Source: a virus. Taken from it: DNA of 48,620 nucleotides. The DNA is taken from positions 1 through 48,620 of the IMG/VR virus record IMGVR_UViG_3300049019_000002. One strand, written 5' to 3'. Below are positions 34,235 to 41,856 of this stretch, piece by piece. Within the stretch, counting starts at the first letter, position 1; each line of letters starts with the position of its first letter. The notes under the pieces were generated by a model, which was not told the DNA's origin, did no database searches, and worked only from the letters and a program-made list of their open reading frames with translations. The translations under genes and the position numbers were made by a program.

Positions 34235-34395
34235 CATTGCTGACTATAATCTTAGTGTCTCTCTATTTTGTGGTCTCGATCTCTGGTTTTATCCTTGCTA
34301 GGGTTTTCGATGAGGATAAATTCGAGTTCAATGTTCACCTTGTTGTATCTGTATTATTACTTGCTTTCATGTTTTACACACTAGGAGGAAACTAA
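34231..34395 (+). CDS. small two-helix membrane peptide 1 (54 aa, not in the track)
   Basis: ATGA overlap. Translation MTLLTIILVSLYFVVSISGFILARVFDEDKFEFNVHLVVSVLLLAFMFYTLGGN. Confidence 0.5.
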   Translation: MTLLTIILVSLYFVVSISGFILARVFDEDKFEFNVHLVVSVLLLAFMFYTLGGN

Positions 34396-34578
34396 ATGAC
34401 TTTATTTGTAATGTGGATAGTATTTATTGTTGGGATACTTGCTTGTATTTCAACCGTGATCGAAATTATAAATTCCAAAGGAGTTAAGACTGTTATCTTT
34501 ATGGTTGCTTTGTTACTCAATGTCATTACCACAGTCATTCTATACCACATAGTTATTCACGGCGGCTTTAACTTATGA
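34396..34578 (+). CDS. small two-helix membrane peptide 2 (60 aa)
   Basis: GGAGG RBS. Begins MTLFVMWIVFIVGILA... and has two hydrophobic helices. Confidence 0.6.
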   Translation: MTLFVMWIVFIVGILACISTVIEIINSKGVKTVIFMVALLLNVITTVILYHIVIHGGFNL

Positions 34579-34739
34579 CACTCTTTTTAACCTTTCTAGC
34601 TGGGCTTGCGGTTGTGGCATTCCTGTTTGTATATGTCACACTGCTTGCCTTGGTAGGCAAACTCATAAGCATACTACTAAGTAAAGGAGCAATACTGTAT
34701 GACAAGTGGCGCTGGGGAAGAAAAGACGATCTCGGTTAG
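34575..34739 (+). CDS. small membrane peptide 3 (54 aa, not in the track)
   Basis: ATGA overlap. Translation MTLFLTFLAGLAVVAFLFVYVTLLALVGKLISILLSKGAILYDKWRWGRKDDLG. Confidence 0.45.
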   Translation: MTLFLTFLAGLAVVAFLFVYVTLLALVGKLISILLSKGAILYDKWRWGRKDDLG

Positions 34740-34962
34740 AAACAACTTATTAGACATATATGATACGTTAAAATCAAGTAATGACATACCAGAAGAAACA
34801 AAGAAAATACTCAAAGAGAAGGTCAATAAAGTCTTCCGACAAGTGAACCTCATTCATGACAACCTTGAGGACGCTACAGACGAAGGATGGCAACTAGAGA
34901 CGGCAATGGATAAGATTGCAGATGAGCTTTATTACAATGGAGTGTATAACCGTGAAATATAA
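34699..34962 (+). CDS. hypothetical protein (87 aa)
   Basis: AAAGGAG RBS 8 nt upstream. Confidence 0.6.
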   Translation: MTSGAGEEKTISVRNNLLDIYDTLKSSNDIPEETKKILKEKVNKVFRQVNLIHDNLEDATDEGWQLETAMDKIADELYYNGVYNREI

Positions 34963-35266
34963 CCTCTACAGTATTCACCAATGGAGATGGACAGCATATT
35001 CAAAAAGACTAAAAGAAGACATATCCAGAGAGTTAGACCTTGGGGAGGTATCACCTCGGAGGACTTCTTCTGAGCATATCTGCTTGTACGGAGCCCCAAT
35101 CCTTATGGATTACAATGTTAACACTGGAGAGCTTTCTGTCTGGTCAGCCAGCAAAGCAAAGAACACCAATGGAAGAACGTTCACCATCAAAGAGTTAATG
35201 GTCATTGAGTTTTTCTTTCAACAGTGGGTATTAAACAATCTTAGTGACTTCAAGGAGGACAAATGA
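34952..35266 (+). CDS. hypothetical protein (about 104 aa)
   Basis: GTG at 34952 sits 9 nt after GGAG. An alternative ATG at 34937 lacks an RBS. Confidence 0.45.
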   Translation: MKYNLYSIHQWRWTAYSKRLKEDISRELDLGEVSPRRTSSEHICLYGAPILMDYNVNTGELSVWSASKAKNTNGRTFTIKELMVIEFFFQQWVLNNLSDFKEDK

Positions 35267-35850
35267 TGTCAATGCCTTTAGATATGTTTTATAAGCAACT
35301 CCCCGATATTGCATTCTATGGAAAACGAAGAAGTGGAAAAGACGAGGCGGCAAGGATCATTAAAAATATGGGGTTCCTCACTTATCAAATCTCGTTTGGT
35401 AAGCACTTAAAGCATCACTTCCATACTACCTTTCCAGATATCCCAATGGAACCAAAGCCAGTTAAAGAGCTGGTCGAATATGGTCAAGCTATGAGGAAGA
35501 TTGACCCTGATGTCTGGATCAAGAAAGCTAAAATAGAGGCGGAAAACATTAGAAATTTCAGCAACCCAAGACGCTCACTCGTTAACACTGATTGCAGACA
35601 GCAAAACGAGTACGACTTCTTGAAAGCACAAGGGTTTATCTTTGTAAGGGTGGATGCTTTAAAGTCTATTCGGGTTGAGAGGATGCTCGAACTCGGGGAG
35701 ACAGTAAGTCCAGAGTATTTAAACAACGAGACAGAGAACACACTTGACGGGTTTGAACCTGACTACGTTATTAAGAATAATGGAACACCTGATGATTTTG
35801 CTCGTGAGATAACTGAGCTGGTCTACAGGATACAAGGAGGAACCCTTTAA
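35263..35850 (+). CDS. deoxynucleoside monophosphate kinase (P-loop)
   Basis: P-loop FYGKRRSGKDEAA, as in phage dNMP kinases. The start is 35263 or 35266. Confidence 0.6.
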   Translation: MMSMPLDMFYKQLPDIAFYGKRRSGKDEAARIIKNMGFLTYQISFGKHLKHHFHTTFPDIPMEPKPVKELVEYGQAMRKIDPDVWIKKAKIEAENIRNFSNPRRSLVNTDCRQQNEYDFLKAQGFIFVRVDALKSIRVERMLELGETVSPEYLNNETENTLDGFEPDYVIKNNGTPDDFAREITELVYRIQGGTL

Positions 35851-36173
35851 TGTGGAAGTGGCTGGAGAATCTATTTTATAATAAAGCGCTTATCACCACT
35901 GAACTTGTTGAAAAAGATGAGGCACTTAGACAATGTTACGATGCATGGATGGAAGACAGGAGCCTCCTTAATGGTGCACGCCTTGAGCTTAAAACTACAA
36001 GGAAAAAAAATGAGGAACTTGAATCCCTCGTAGTTAAGTATGATAATAGGGTCAGAGCTATGGAAAACACCAAAGAGGAGATGCAGGAAAGAATAGACGA
36101 GCTGGAAAACGAGGTCTATGACCTTACAATAAAAATCAGAAACCCTGATTATGTTATAGGTGTAAAAGAATAG
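35850..36173 (+). CDS. coiled-coil protein (107 aa)
   Basis: Heptad-rich, charged sequence. ATG overlaps the upstream stop. Confidence 0.55.
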   Translation: MWKWLENLFYNKALITTELVEKDEALRQCYDAWMEDRSLLNGARLELKTTRKKNEELESLVVKYDNRVRAMENTKEEMQERIDELENEVYDLTIKIRNPDYVIGVKE

Positions 36174-36177
36174 GTAG

Positions 36178-36205
36178 TACACCCCTTCGAGGGTGTATTT
36201 TTTTT
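36178..36205 (+). terminator. rho-independent terminator
   Basis: TACACCC-CTTCGA-GGGTGTA hairpin plus a T8 run. Confidence 0.8.
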
Positions 36206-36240
36206 GTCGAAAATAAATAGGTATATTTTTAAAAAAGTTC

Positions 36241-36269
36241 TTGCACTCTGGACAGGCTTCATCTATACT
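36241..36269 (+). promoter_or_regulatory. promoter (TTGCAC-17-TATACT)
   Basis: Hexamers at 36241-36246 and 36264-36269. Downstream inverted repeat GGTAAT/ATTACC at 36282-36301. Confidence 0.6.
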
Positions 36270-36324
36270 ATGTATTAACAAGGTAATACCACAGCATTAC
36301 CAAAACGAAAGGGGAATGAAAAAC

Positions 36325-37134
36325 ATGACGAAACATTGGGAAACTATTTGTATCTTTGCAGAAGGTAACGACTACGATGCATTTGAGGTAGAGGTCTTAA
36401 AAGGGTTTAACTTCACTCAGGCTCCACTCATTGAGGAATATTACAACTCACTCGATAGTCCAAATGACCAAGATAAATTCATCATGGATAACAAATTAAC
36501 TTACATTGGATCAGGTCATTTTGGGGAAGTGTTCGGACTGGATGACAAACTTGCTATTAAACTATTGCATAACCTCGGTGAGGAATTGCCAGACGGGTAC
36601 ATCCTGAGCCAGCTAAACCATTCAGACATGACTCCAAACGTTTATGCTTACTGTGATGAGCCAGATGTAGGCTTCATGATAGTTGATAGAATAATAGGAA
36701 TGAACGTGTGTGATATCCACGTCAATTCCCTTTTAGGGTTTGATCTTGACAAGCAACTCAAGAGAATTGCACAATTCTTTGAAGACTGTAGACGTGCTGA
36801 GGTACTACCGTCAGACCTCCATCAAGCAAATGTCATGTGTACCTATGAAGGTGACTTGATGATAGTAGACGTAGGATGCTTCGAGTATGGGAGCTTTGAC
36901 CCTAACAGTATTGAAGCTAAATGGTACTACGAGAATGCTAAATGGGAGATGCTGTATCAAGCGTACCTCATTGATCATATCGTCAATGGGAGCCCTATGA
37001 GGCACATCCCAGATTATATCCCTCAGATGTTCCGCTGGGAGTCAGAAACGTCAGGAATGTTTGATCATCATGTGCAGTCATTCCTACAAGACTTTAGAGA
37101 TACTGATAAGGTGGTGCTTCCTCAATGTCAGTAA
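36325..37134 (+). CDS. eukaryotic-like Ser/Thr protein kinase-fold protein
   Basis: Gly-loop GSGHFGEVFG, VAIK-like LAIKLL, catalytic-loop-like SDLHQANV, DFG-like VDVG. The start is 36325 (or 36316), after AAAGGGG. Confidence 0.6.
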   Translation: MTKHWETICIFAEGNDYDAFEVEVLKGFNFTQAPLIEEYYNSLDSPNDQDKFIMDNKLTYIGSGHFGEVFGLDDKLAIKLLHNLGEELPDGYILSQLNHSDMTPNVYAYCDEPDVGFMIVDRIIGMNVCDIHVNSLLGFDLDKQLKRIAQFFEDCRRAEVLPSDLHQANVMCTYEGDLMIVDVGCFEYGSFDPNSIEAKWYYENAKWEMLYQAYLIDHIVNGSPMRHIPDYIPQMFRWESETSGMFDHHVQSFLQDFRDTDKVVLPQCQ

Positions 37135-37556
37135 ACAAAACAGTTATCAAGCGAGGTCAACTTACTGATGAAGCTGAGAGTTTCTTGTACAGTTGGTTCA
37201 GGAGTGCTCACCCTTTAGAGTATACCTTCGCCAAACACGCCGAGGAGAGGCTCAAAACGAGGAAGATCAGTAAAGAATTATTCTGGGAAGCATTCACAGG
37301 TAATGTGGAAATCGTTAAGTTTAGCATCACTGAGGATAAGGAGCCCCGTCTCATCATGAGATCGACTAAGAAGTTCAGGGGCAAGAGAATCACAGCAGTG
37401 TTCAACCCAACAACCAAACGAGTTATTACTGTGTTCTATATCAAGGAAATACCAGACCCAAAAGGTAAACCCATTCAGTTTGACGTGATAGGGTTCATCA
37501 AGAGGTACGAGAGGAGAGTCAAACAAAATGAACAGAAGACAAAAAATCCTGCATGA
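37125..37556 (+). CDS. DUF4258-like (toxin-fold) protein
   Basis: FAKHAEERLKTRKIS...ITAVFNPTTKRVITVFY pattern. It overlaps the kinase gene by 10 nt. Confidence 0.4.
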   Translation: MSVNKTVIKRGQLTDEAESFLYSWFRSAHPLEYTFAKHAEERLKTRKISKELFWEAFTGNVEIVKFSITEDKEPRLIMRSTKKFRGKRITAVFNPTTKRVITVFYIKEIPDPKGKPIQFDVIGFIKRYERRVKQNEQKTKNPA

Positions 37557-37944
37557 GATCACCCTATTAGAGGAGAAGCATGAATTGATGTGTTCACTTC
37601 CAGAGGAGCAATGCCTCAAGAGTTGTGCCATCTCTAAACAAATCAAAGAGCTAGGGGAGCAACTCAAGAGGAAGAACGACCCAGCAAACCGCCAGAGGAT
37701 TGACCAGATTGTGCACCGTTGCCAAGTGGAGGAGCATCCTCATAGGGATAGAGGAGATGACATCATCTTCATGAGGTACTGCGGATTTAACTTGGAGGAG
37801 TTTCTGGCTCCAATGTTTAAATGTAAGAGATCAACTATCAGCTATGAACAAGAAAAATCATTTAAAAGAAAACTCTTGACTCCTAGAATGGAGCAATGGT
37901 ACACTACAAATAAGAAAGTCAAAGGAGTTGAGTTTTCACTATGA
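37528..37944 (+). CDS. hypothetical protein (138 aa)
   Basis: GAGGAGAG RBS. Confidence 0.55.
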   Translation: MNRRQKILHEITLLEEKHELMCSLPEEQCLKSCAISKQIKELGEQLKRKNDPANRQRIDQIVHRCQVEEHPHRDRGDDIIFMRYCGFNLEEFLAPMFKCKRSTISYEQEKSFKRKLLTPRMEQWYTTNKKVKGVEFSL

Positions 37945-38066
37945 GTCATACTGTAGCAATACTCATAATACTGATTGTTGTCGTAAATACTTTATGGTGG
38001 GGCTCAAGAGCTATCGACTCACTTTTTGCCAAGATTGAAAGCCGAGGAGGAAAAGAAAATGAGTAA
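37941..38066 (+). CDS. small membrane peptide (41 aa, not in the track)
   Basis: ATGA overlap. Translation MSHTVAILIILIVVVNTLWWGSRAIDSLFAKIESRGGKENE. Confidence 0.4.
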   Translation: MSHTVAILIILIVVVNTLWWGSRAIDSLFAKIESRGGKENE

Positions 38067-38400
38067 AGCAAGAACGATCGTAGTAACACAGGAACAAGGA
38101 CAGGCGCTCGAATTGATGTTTGATAAGTCTAAAAGATGCACGGGCGAACCATTGTGTTCAAGAGAATATTTAGTAAATACTGTTATCAGAGGTCATAGAA
38201 AGGATTGGAAAAATGATTATGAACCTCTCGATAGTATGGCTTTAAGTGACCTGCTGTATATCGTCACAGGTGGAGTTTGGGAGGTTCAGAAGACCATGAA
38301 AGAAGTTCTCGAAGAGCTTCACAATAGTGTCAGTCTTCGAGAAAGGGACGGAGTACTTCTCTCCATAGCAACACTAAAAGAAAGGGGTTTTATCCAATGA
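38059..38400 (+). CDS. hypothetical protein (113 aa), paralog family member
   Basis: ATG at 38059 sits 8 nt after GAGGAGG. It shares ...LS..D....VTG..WEV with 38631..38969 and 43116..43628. Confidence 0.6.
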   Translation: MSKARTIVVTQEQGQALELMFDKSKRCTGEPLCSREYLVNTVIRGHRKDWKNDYEPLDSMALSDLLYIVTGGVWEVQKTMKEVLEELHNSVSLRERDGVLLSIATLKERGFIQ

Positions 38401-38630
38401 GTAAGCCAATTGAAGCAAGACTTAAGATTATTGGAACTGACGTCTATGGGTACACAATGTTTACAAATGGGTCTGGCAAGTTTATGACCTCAAATATTCC
38501 AGCCGAGAAGGTTGACTTCTCCAAGAGTTCTATATACTTCACAGGCTGGTTAATGGAGGATGGTCACATTATGGCGGCAACCTTCGAGTCATGGAACGAT
38601 CAAGTAGAAACTATTGAGGAGGCAAACTAA
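38397..38630 (+). CDS. hypothetical protein (77 aa)
   Basis: ATGA coupling. Confidence 0.55.
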   Translation: MSKPIEARLKIIGTDVYGYTMFTNGSGKFMTSNIPAEKVDFSKSSIYFTGWLMEDGHIMAATFESWNDQVETIEEAN

Positions 38631-38969
38631 ATGTTAATTCTAAACGTAAACGAGCACCATGAGATGAAACACTTAATGAGTTTAATGGGTGACGGTAGCG
38701 ACTCAAAGGGTTTTATCAGTTGGGTTCTGCATAGCGGAGAGTTTACAGGTAAATATCCTAACTTGAGCAAATTACACAGGTATGATGTTATTGGAGCCGC
38801 CTTGACGGGTCAGTACCAACTCAGAGCAACGCCCAAAGAGATATATCAAAAGCATCTTAACGAAGCAAAGAAGCACGACTTAGACGGTAGCAACCACACA
38901 TTGTCATGGGCATTGCAGAGGTTCTACAATGATTTAAAAACAAACGGATTTATCAAGGAGGAAAACTAA
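38631..38969 (+). CDS. hypothetical protein (112 aa), paralog family member
   Basis: GAGGAGG RBS. Confidence 0.6.
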   Translation: MLILNVNEHHEMKHLMSLMGDGSDSKGFISWVLHSGEFTGKYPNLSKLHRYDVIGAALTGQYQLRATPKEIYQKHLNEAKKHDLDGSNHTLSWALQRFYNDLKTNGFIKEEN

Positions 38970-38970
38970 A

Positions 38971-39402
38971 ATGAAAAAACTTATGATGATCATTGGTATG
39001 ACCCTAGTAGTATTATTCACGAGTATCGCAACACCAGCACAAGCCGCATGGGGTGGATGGAGTACATCTGACAAGGGTGTCACTGCAAGGGTTTATGTGG
39101 ATGCTTACACCTACACAACAAAAGCCACGACAGTGGACTTCAAAGCCGAGAAGAAAGGCTCCAAAAAGTATTATTACAAGGCTGTCATCTACAAGAGCAC
39201 ATCTTCACAGATTATCGCTACAGCTACCTTTACAGGTTCCTTTACAAGCTCCAGCCCTCTCAAGAAAGCCAAGCTATACGAATTGAGAAAGCATGGTTCT
39301 GGAGTTTATTTTGTAAGATTCAAGCTCTACAGCAAGTCAAACTATACGGGTCTTGTTGGTCTGTACGACTCGCACAACTTTACCATTACAACAGGTGCTT
39401 GA
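38971..39402 (+). CDS. secreted protein with a cleavable signal peptide
   Basis: MKKLMMIIGMTLVVLFTSIATPAQA-AW signal peptide followed by a T/S/Y/K-rich beta-type mature part. Confidence 0.65.
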   Translation: MKKLMMIIGMTLVVLFTSIATPAQAAWGGWSTSDKGVTARVYVDAYTYTTKATTVDFKAEKKGSKKYYYKAVIYKSTSSQIIATATFTGSFTSSSPLKKAKLYELRKHGSGVYFVRFKLYSKSNYTGLVGLYDSHNFTITTGA

Positions 39403-39435
39403 TATGGCTACATTGTTTATGATAGTTTCGAGTTG

Positions 39436-39468
39436 AACCCCTTTCGAGGGGTTTTTCAAGTTTTTTTT
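39436..39468 (+). terminator. rho-independent terminator
   Basis: AACCCC-TTTCGA-GGGGTT hairpin plus T-runs. Confidence 0.8.
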
Positions 39469-39477
39469 GAAAAGGTG

Positions 39478-39506
39478 TTGACTCTGGTCTTACTATGGTA
39501 TATACT
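39478..39506 (+). promoter_or_regulatory. strong promoter (TTGACT-17-TATACT)
   Basis: Hexamers at 39478-39483 and 39501-39506. GTCATACCAA at 39510-39519. Confidence 0.75.
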
Positions 39507-39538
39507 AAAGTCATACCAAAGGAAACGGAGAGATTAAA

Positions 39539-39823
39539 ATGACAAACATCCAAACATTATCAAACGACATTCAAGAACAAGCGGTTAAAACTTTCGGGGA
39601 CATCAAAAAGGTTGACGAAACAACTTACACTTTACCAATCTTCACAGCAGAAACAAGAAAAGAAGATACAGAAGCTCTAGTCGAGATCAAAGGAGAGCAC
39701 CTTGTAAAGGTGACTCACAGACACACTAACAAAGAAAACCCTAACCCAGCTTACATGTACTTTAATACAACTGGCGAAGTGATTGAGCATTTAACTAAAT
39801 TGAAAAAATTCTTAGGTAACTAA
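39539..39823 (+). CDS. hypothetical early protein (94 aa), monocistronic cassette
   Basis: Flanked by its own promoter and terminator. Confidence 0.65.
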   Translation: MTNIQTLSNDIQEQAVKTFGDIKKVDETTYTLPIFTAETRKEDTEALVEIKGEHLVKVTHRHTNKENPNPAYMYFNTTGEVIEHLTKLKKFLGN

Positions 39824-39825
39824 GC

Positions 39826-39851
39826 GGACTCCGAAAGGAGTTCTTTTTTTT
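39826..39851 (+). terminator. rho-independent terminator
   Basis: GGACTCC-GAAA-GGAGTTC hairpin plus T8. Confidence 0.8.
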
Positions 39852-39862
39852 GTATAAAATGT

Positions 39863-39891
39863 TTGACAAGGGTAATACTATGGTATATACT
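39863..39891 (+). promoter_or_regulatory. strong promoter (TTGACA-17-TATACT)
   Basis: Hexamers at 39863-39868 and 39886-39891. GTCATACCAA at 39895-39904. The leader is near-identical to that at 39478-39541. Confidence 0.75.
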
Positions 39892-39922
39892 AGAGTCATA
39901 CCAAGGAAATGGAGCGATTAAA

Positions 39923-40348
39923 ATGAAAGCAGTCAGAAAGCTAAACAAGGTAACACCTCAAGGAGAGGTAACGGAAATAACTATAGAGATGTTGACAAAT
40001 AAGCAAGGCGAGTCAATATACCTCATATTTTACTTCAATGATGATCTTAACTTCTCAACACCTTATGAAGTCGAAGAATTCTTTTCAACACCTGATGAGG
40101 CTATAGACTACCTCAAAAGTGAAGAACCTGATAATCACTTTGAAGAGATTGACCTTGATGATGTAGGTTATGGAGTTATGATAATCAATGAGCACAACAA
40201 GGCTATATTCTACAGATATAGAACGGGATACACTTGGTTCGTAAAACACAGTGACGGAAGTGTCAGACATCCGCAAGACCCCAACAAAGTAAATTATGAA
40301 ACCCTTGAGGAAGCAAAAGAGAAAGCCAAGCAAACATACGGCGTATAA
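39923..40348 (+). CDS. acidic hypothetical early protein (141 aa), monocistronic cassette
   Basis: ATG at 39923 follows GGAG. The track's upstream extension covers the promoter. Confidence 0.65.
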   Translation: MKAVRKLNKVTPQGEVTEITIEMLTNKQGESIYLIFYFNDDLNFSTPYEVEEFFSTPDEAIDYLKSEEPDNHFEEIDLDDVGYGVMIINEHNKAIFYRYRTGYTWFVKHSDGSVRHPQDPNKVNYETLEEAKEKAKQTYGV

Positions 40349-40352
40349 TCAG

Positions 40353-40378
40353 GAACCCCTCCGAGGGTTCTTTTTTTT
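40353..40378 (+). terminator. rho-independent terminator
   Basis: GAACCC-CTCCGA-GGGTTC hairpin plus T8. Confidence 0.8.
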
Positions 40379-40566
40379 GTTCCCGATTGGAATAACGTAC
40401 AAGTACTACATAGTATACTATATCAAAGACCAGCGCACCCCACATATCAGGAACCACGGAAACCCAGCAGGATCAACTATTTGAGCCTATCTCTGGTGGT
40501 TCTCGATCTCTTAAACTCTTTACTCCGTAAAGACCAATGAGGTGGCGCACCAAAGGAGGAATAATT

Positions 40567-41856
40567 ATGATCATTGAGTTGCTCACTTGTTCAGCTTTCG
40601 GAGGGTTAGCCGCCACAGCATTTTTCAAAAAGAATGCGACCGTTAATGATTCCCAAAAGATCAACAAGATATTTACCCTGTCAGGATTAAACGTAAAGGA
40701 CGGCGACCGAGTTCTTACTCCTCAGCTTGTCCGAAAAGTTAATCACTCTTGGGGAGCTGAATACAAGTACCGCCTCCCTCTTGGTCGATCCTTCCAAGAC
40801 TTTGAACAGAAACAACATGTCATCCAAGATGGTCTAAATAACCGTAGAAGCCATTTTAAGCCGTCTGACCTCAAGGGGGTATCATTGGATAGGAACTTCA
40901 TTCAAAGCCTCAGAGAGGTCACTAGAAAGCGTCTGAGTTCTACTAAGGAGGTTGAGTTATCCTTTGACGGACTTCTCTCGCTCAAAGTATACAATGAGGC
41001 GCTTCCCTCCCAAGTGGAATATTGTGAAAGTGGTAAAGAATGGTCAATACCTATGGGGATCACTCGGAGTTCGGGATCAATCAATCACAACTTTGAAGCC
41101 ATACCACATATGGTGATCGGTGGAGCCACTCGGTACGGGAAGTCAAACCTCATTAATGGTATTATAACCAGCTTAACAAAAAATAATCCTGACCATGTTC
41201 ATTTTCATTTGATCGACCTAAAGGGTGGTATCGAGCTGGGAGCATACGAGAATATGTCTCAGACCTCCTCTATTGCGTTTGAACCAGAGGAAGCACTAAA
41301 GACATTAAAGAATGCTTATGAGGCAATGAGGGGCATTCAGAGGGCTCTCAGAGGCAAAGGCAAAAAGAGTGTTCAAGAAGCTGGCATCAAAGACCGCCAC
41401 TTTGTGATCATTGACGAGGTAGGGGAGCTTAACCCCTCTGAGGCTGTCTCGAAAGAGGAGCGCAAAATCAAAGAGGAATGTCAAAAGTACATGTCACAGA
41501 TAGCACGCCTTGGAGCTGGCTTGGGGTTCCGTCAAATATTAGCCACCCAGTACACCACAGGAGATGTCATTCCTCGCCAGTGTAAACAGAACAGTGACGC
41601 AAAAGTCTGTTTCCGTGTTCAAAGCGAGGTAGCCAGCAGGGTAACACTTGACAGCTCTGGAGCCGAGAAGTTACCAGAAATACGAGGTCGTGCCCTGTAT
41701 CAGACAGCAGACAAGAGACGCACTATCCAGACCTATCTCATCAAGCCAGACCAAATCAAAATCACTATTGACAAACACTACAAAGAAAAGGTGGCTGATC
41801 CAATTGAGGTTAAACCAGAGACAAGAGAACATACTGTTATCATTGAAGAAGTTTGA
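40567..41856 (+). CDS. FtsK/SpoIIIE-family DNA translocase ATPase with an N-terminal membrane anchor
   Basis: ATG at 40567 sits 7 nt after AAAGGAGG. TM segment MIIELLTCSAFGGLAATAFF, Walker A GGATRYGKSN, Walker B HFVIIDEVGEL, and ...ILATQYTTGDVIP...RVCFRVQSEVASRVTLDSSGAEKLP. Confidence 0.85.
   Translation: MIIELLTCSAFGGLAATAFFKKNATVNDSQKINKIFTLSGLNVKDGDRVLTPQLVRKVNHSWGAEYKYRLPLGRSFQDFEQKQHVIQDGLNNRRSHFKPSDLKGVSLDRNFIQSLREVTRKRLSSTKEVELSFDGLLSLKVYNEALPSQVEYCESGKEWSIPMGITRSSGSINHNFEAIPHMVIGGATRYGKSNLINGIITSLTKNNPDHVHFHLIDLKGGIELGAYENMSQTSSIAFEPEEALKTLKNAYEAMRGIQRALRGKGKKSVQEAGIKDRHFVIIDEVGELNPSEAVSKEERKIKEECQKYMSQIARLGAGLGFRQILATQYTTGDVIPRQCKQNSDAKVCFRVQSEVASRVTLDSSGAEKLPEIRGRALYQTADKRRTIQTYLIKPDQIKITIDKHYKEKVADPIEVKPETREHTVIIEEV

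Noticed and set aside
35871-36281. 136-aa minus-strand ORF (also 37278..37667 and 17278..17655, minus strand).
   Set aside because: They are antisense to well-supported genes. The first also runs across a terminator and a promoter. None has an RBS.
41648-41803. Replication-relaxation ORF starting at 41648 (209-nt overlap with the FtsK gene), or a +1 frameshift fusion of FtsK with it.
   Set aside because: There is no ATG and only a weak RBS at 41648. TTG at 41804 sits 9 nt after AAAAGGTGG and gives a family-typical N-terminus. I see no slippery sequence to support recoding, although the long open upstream frame is noted.
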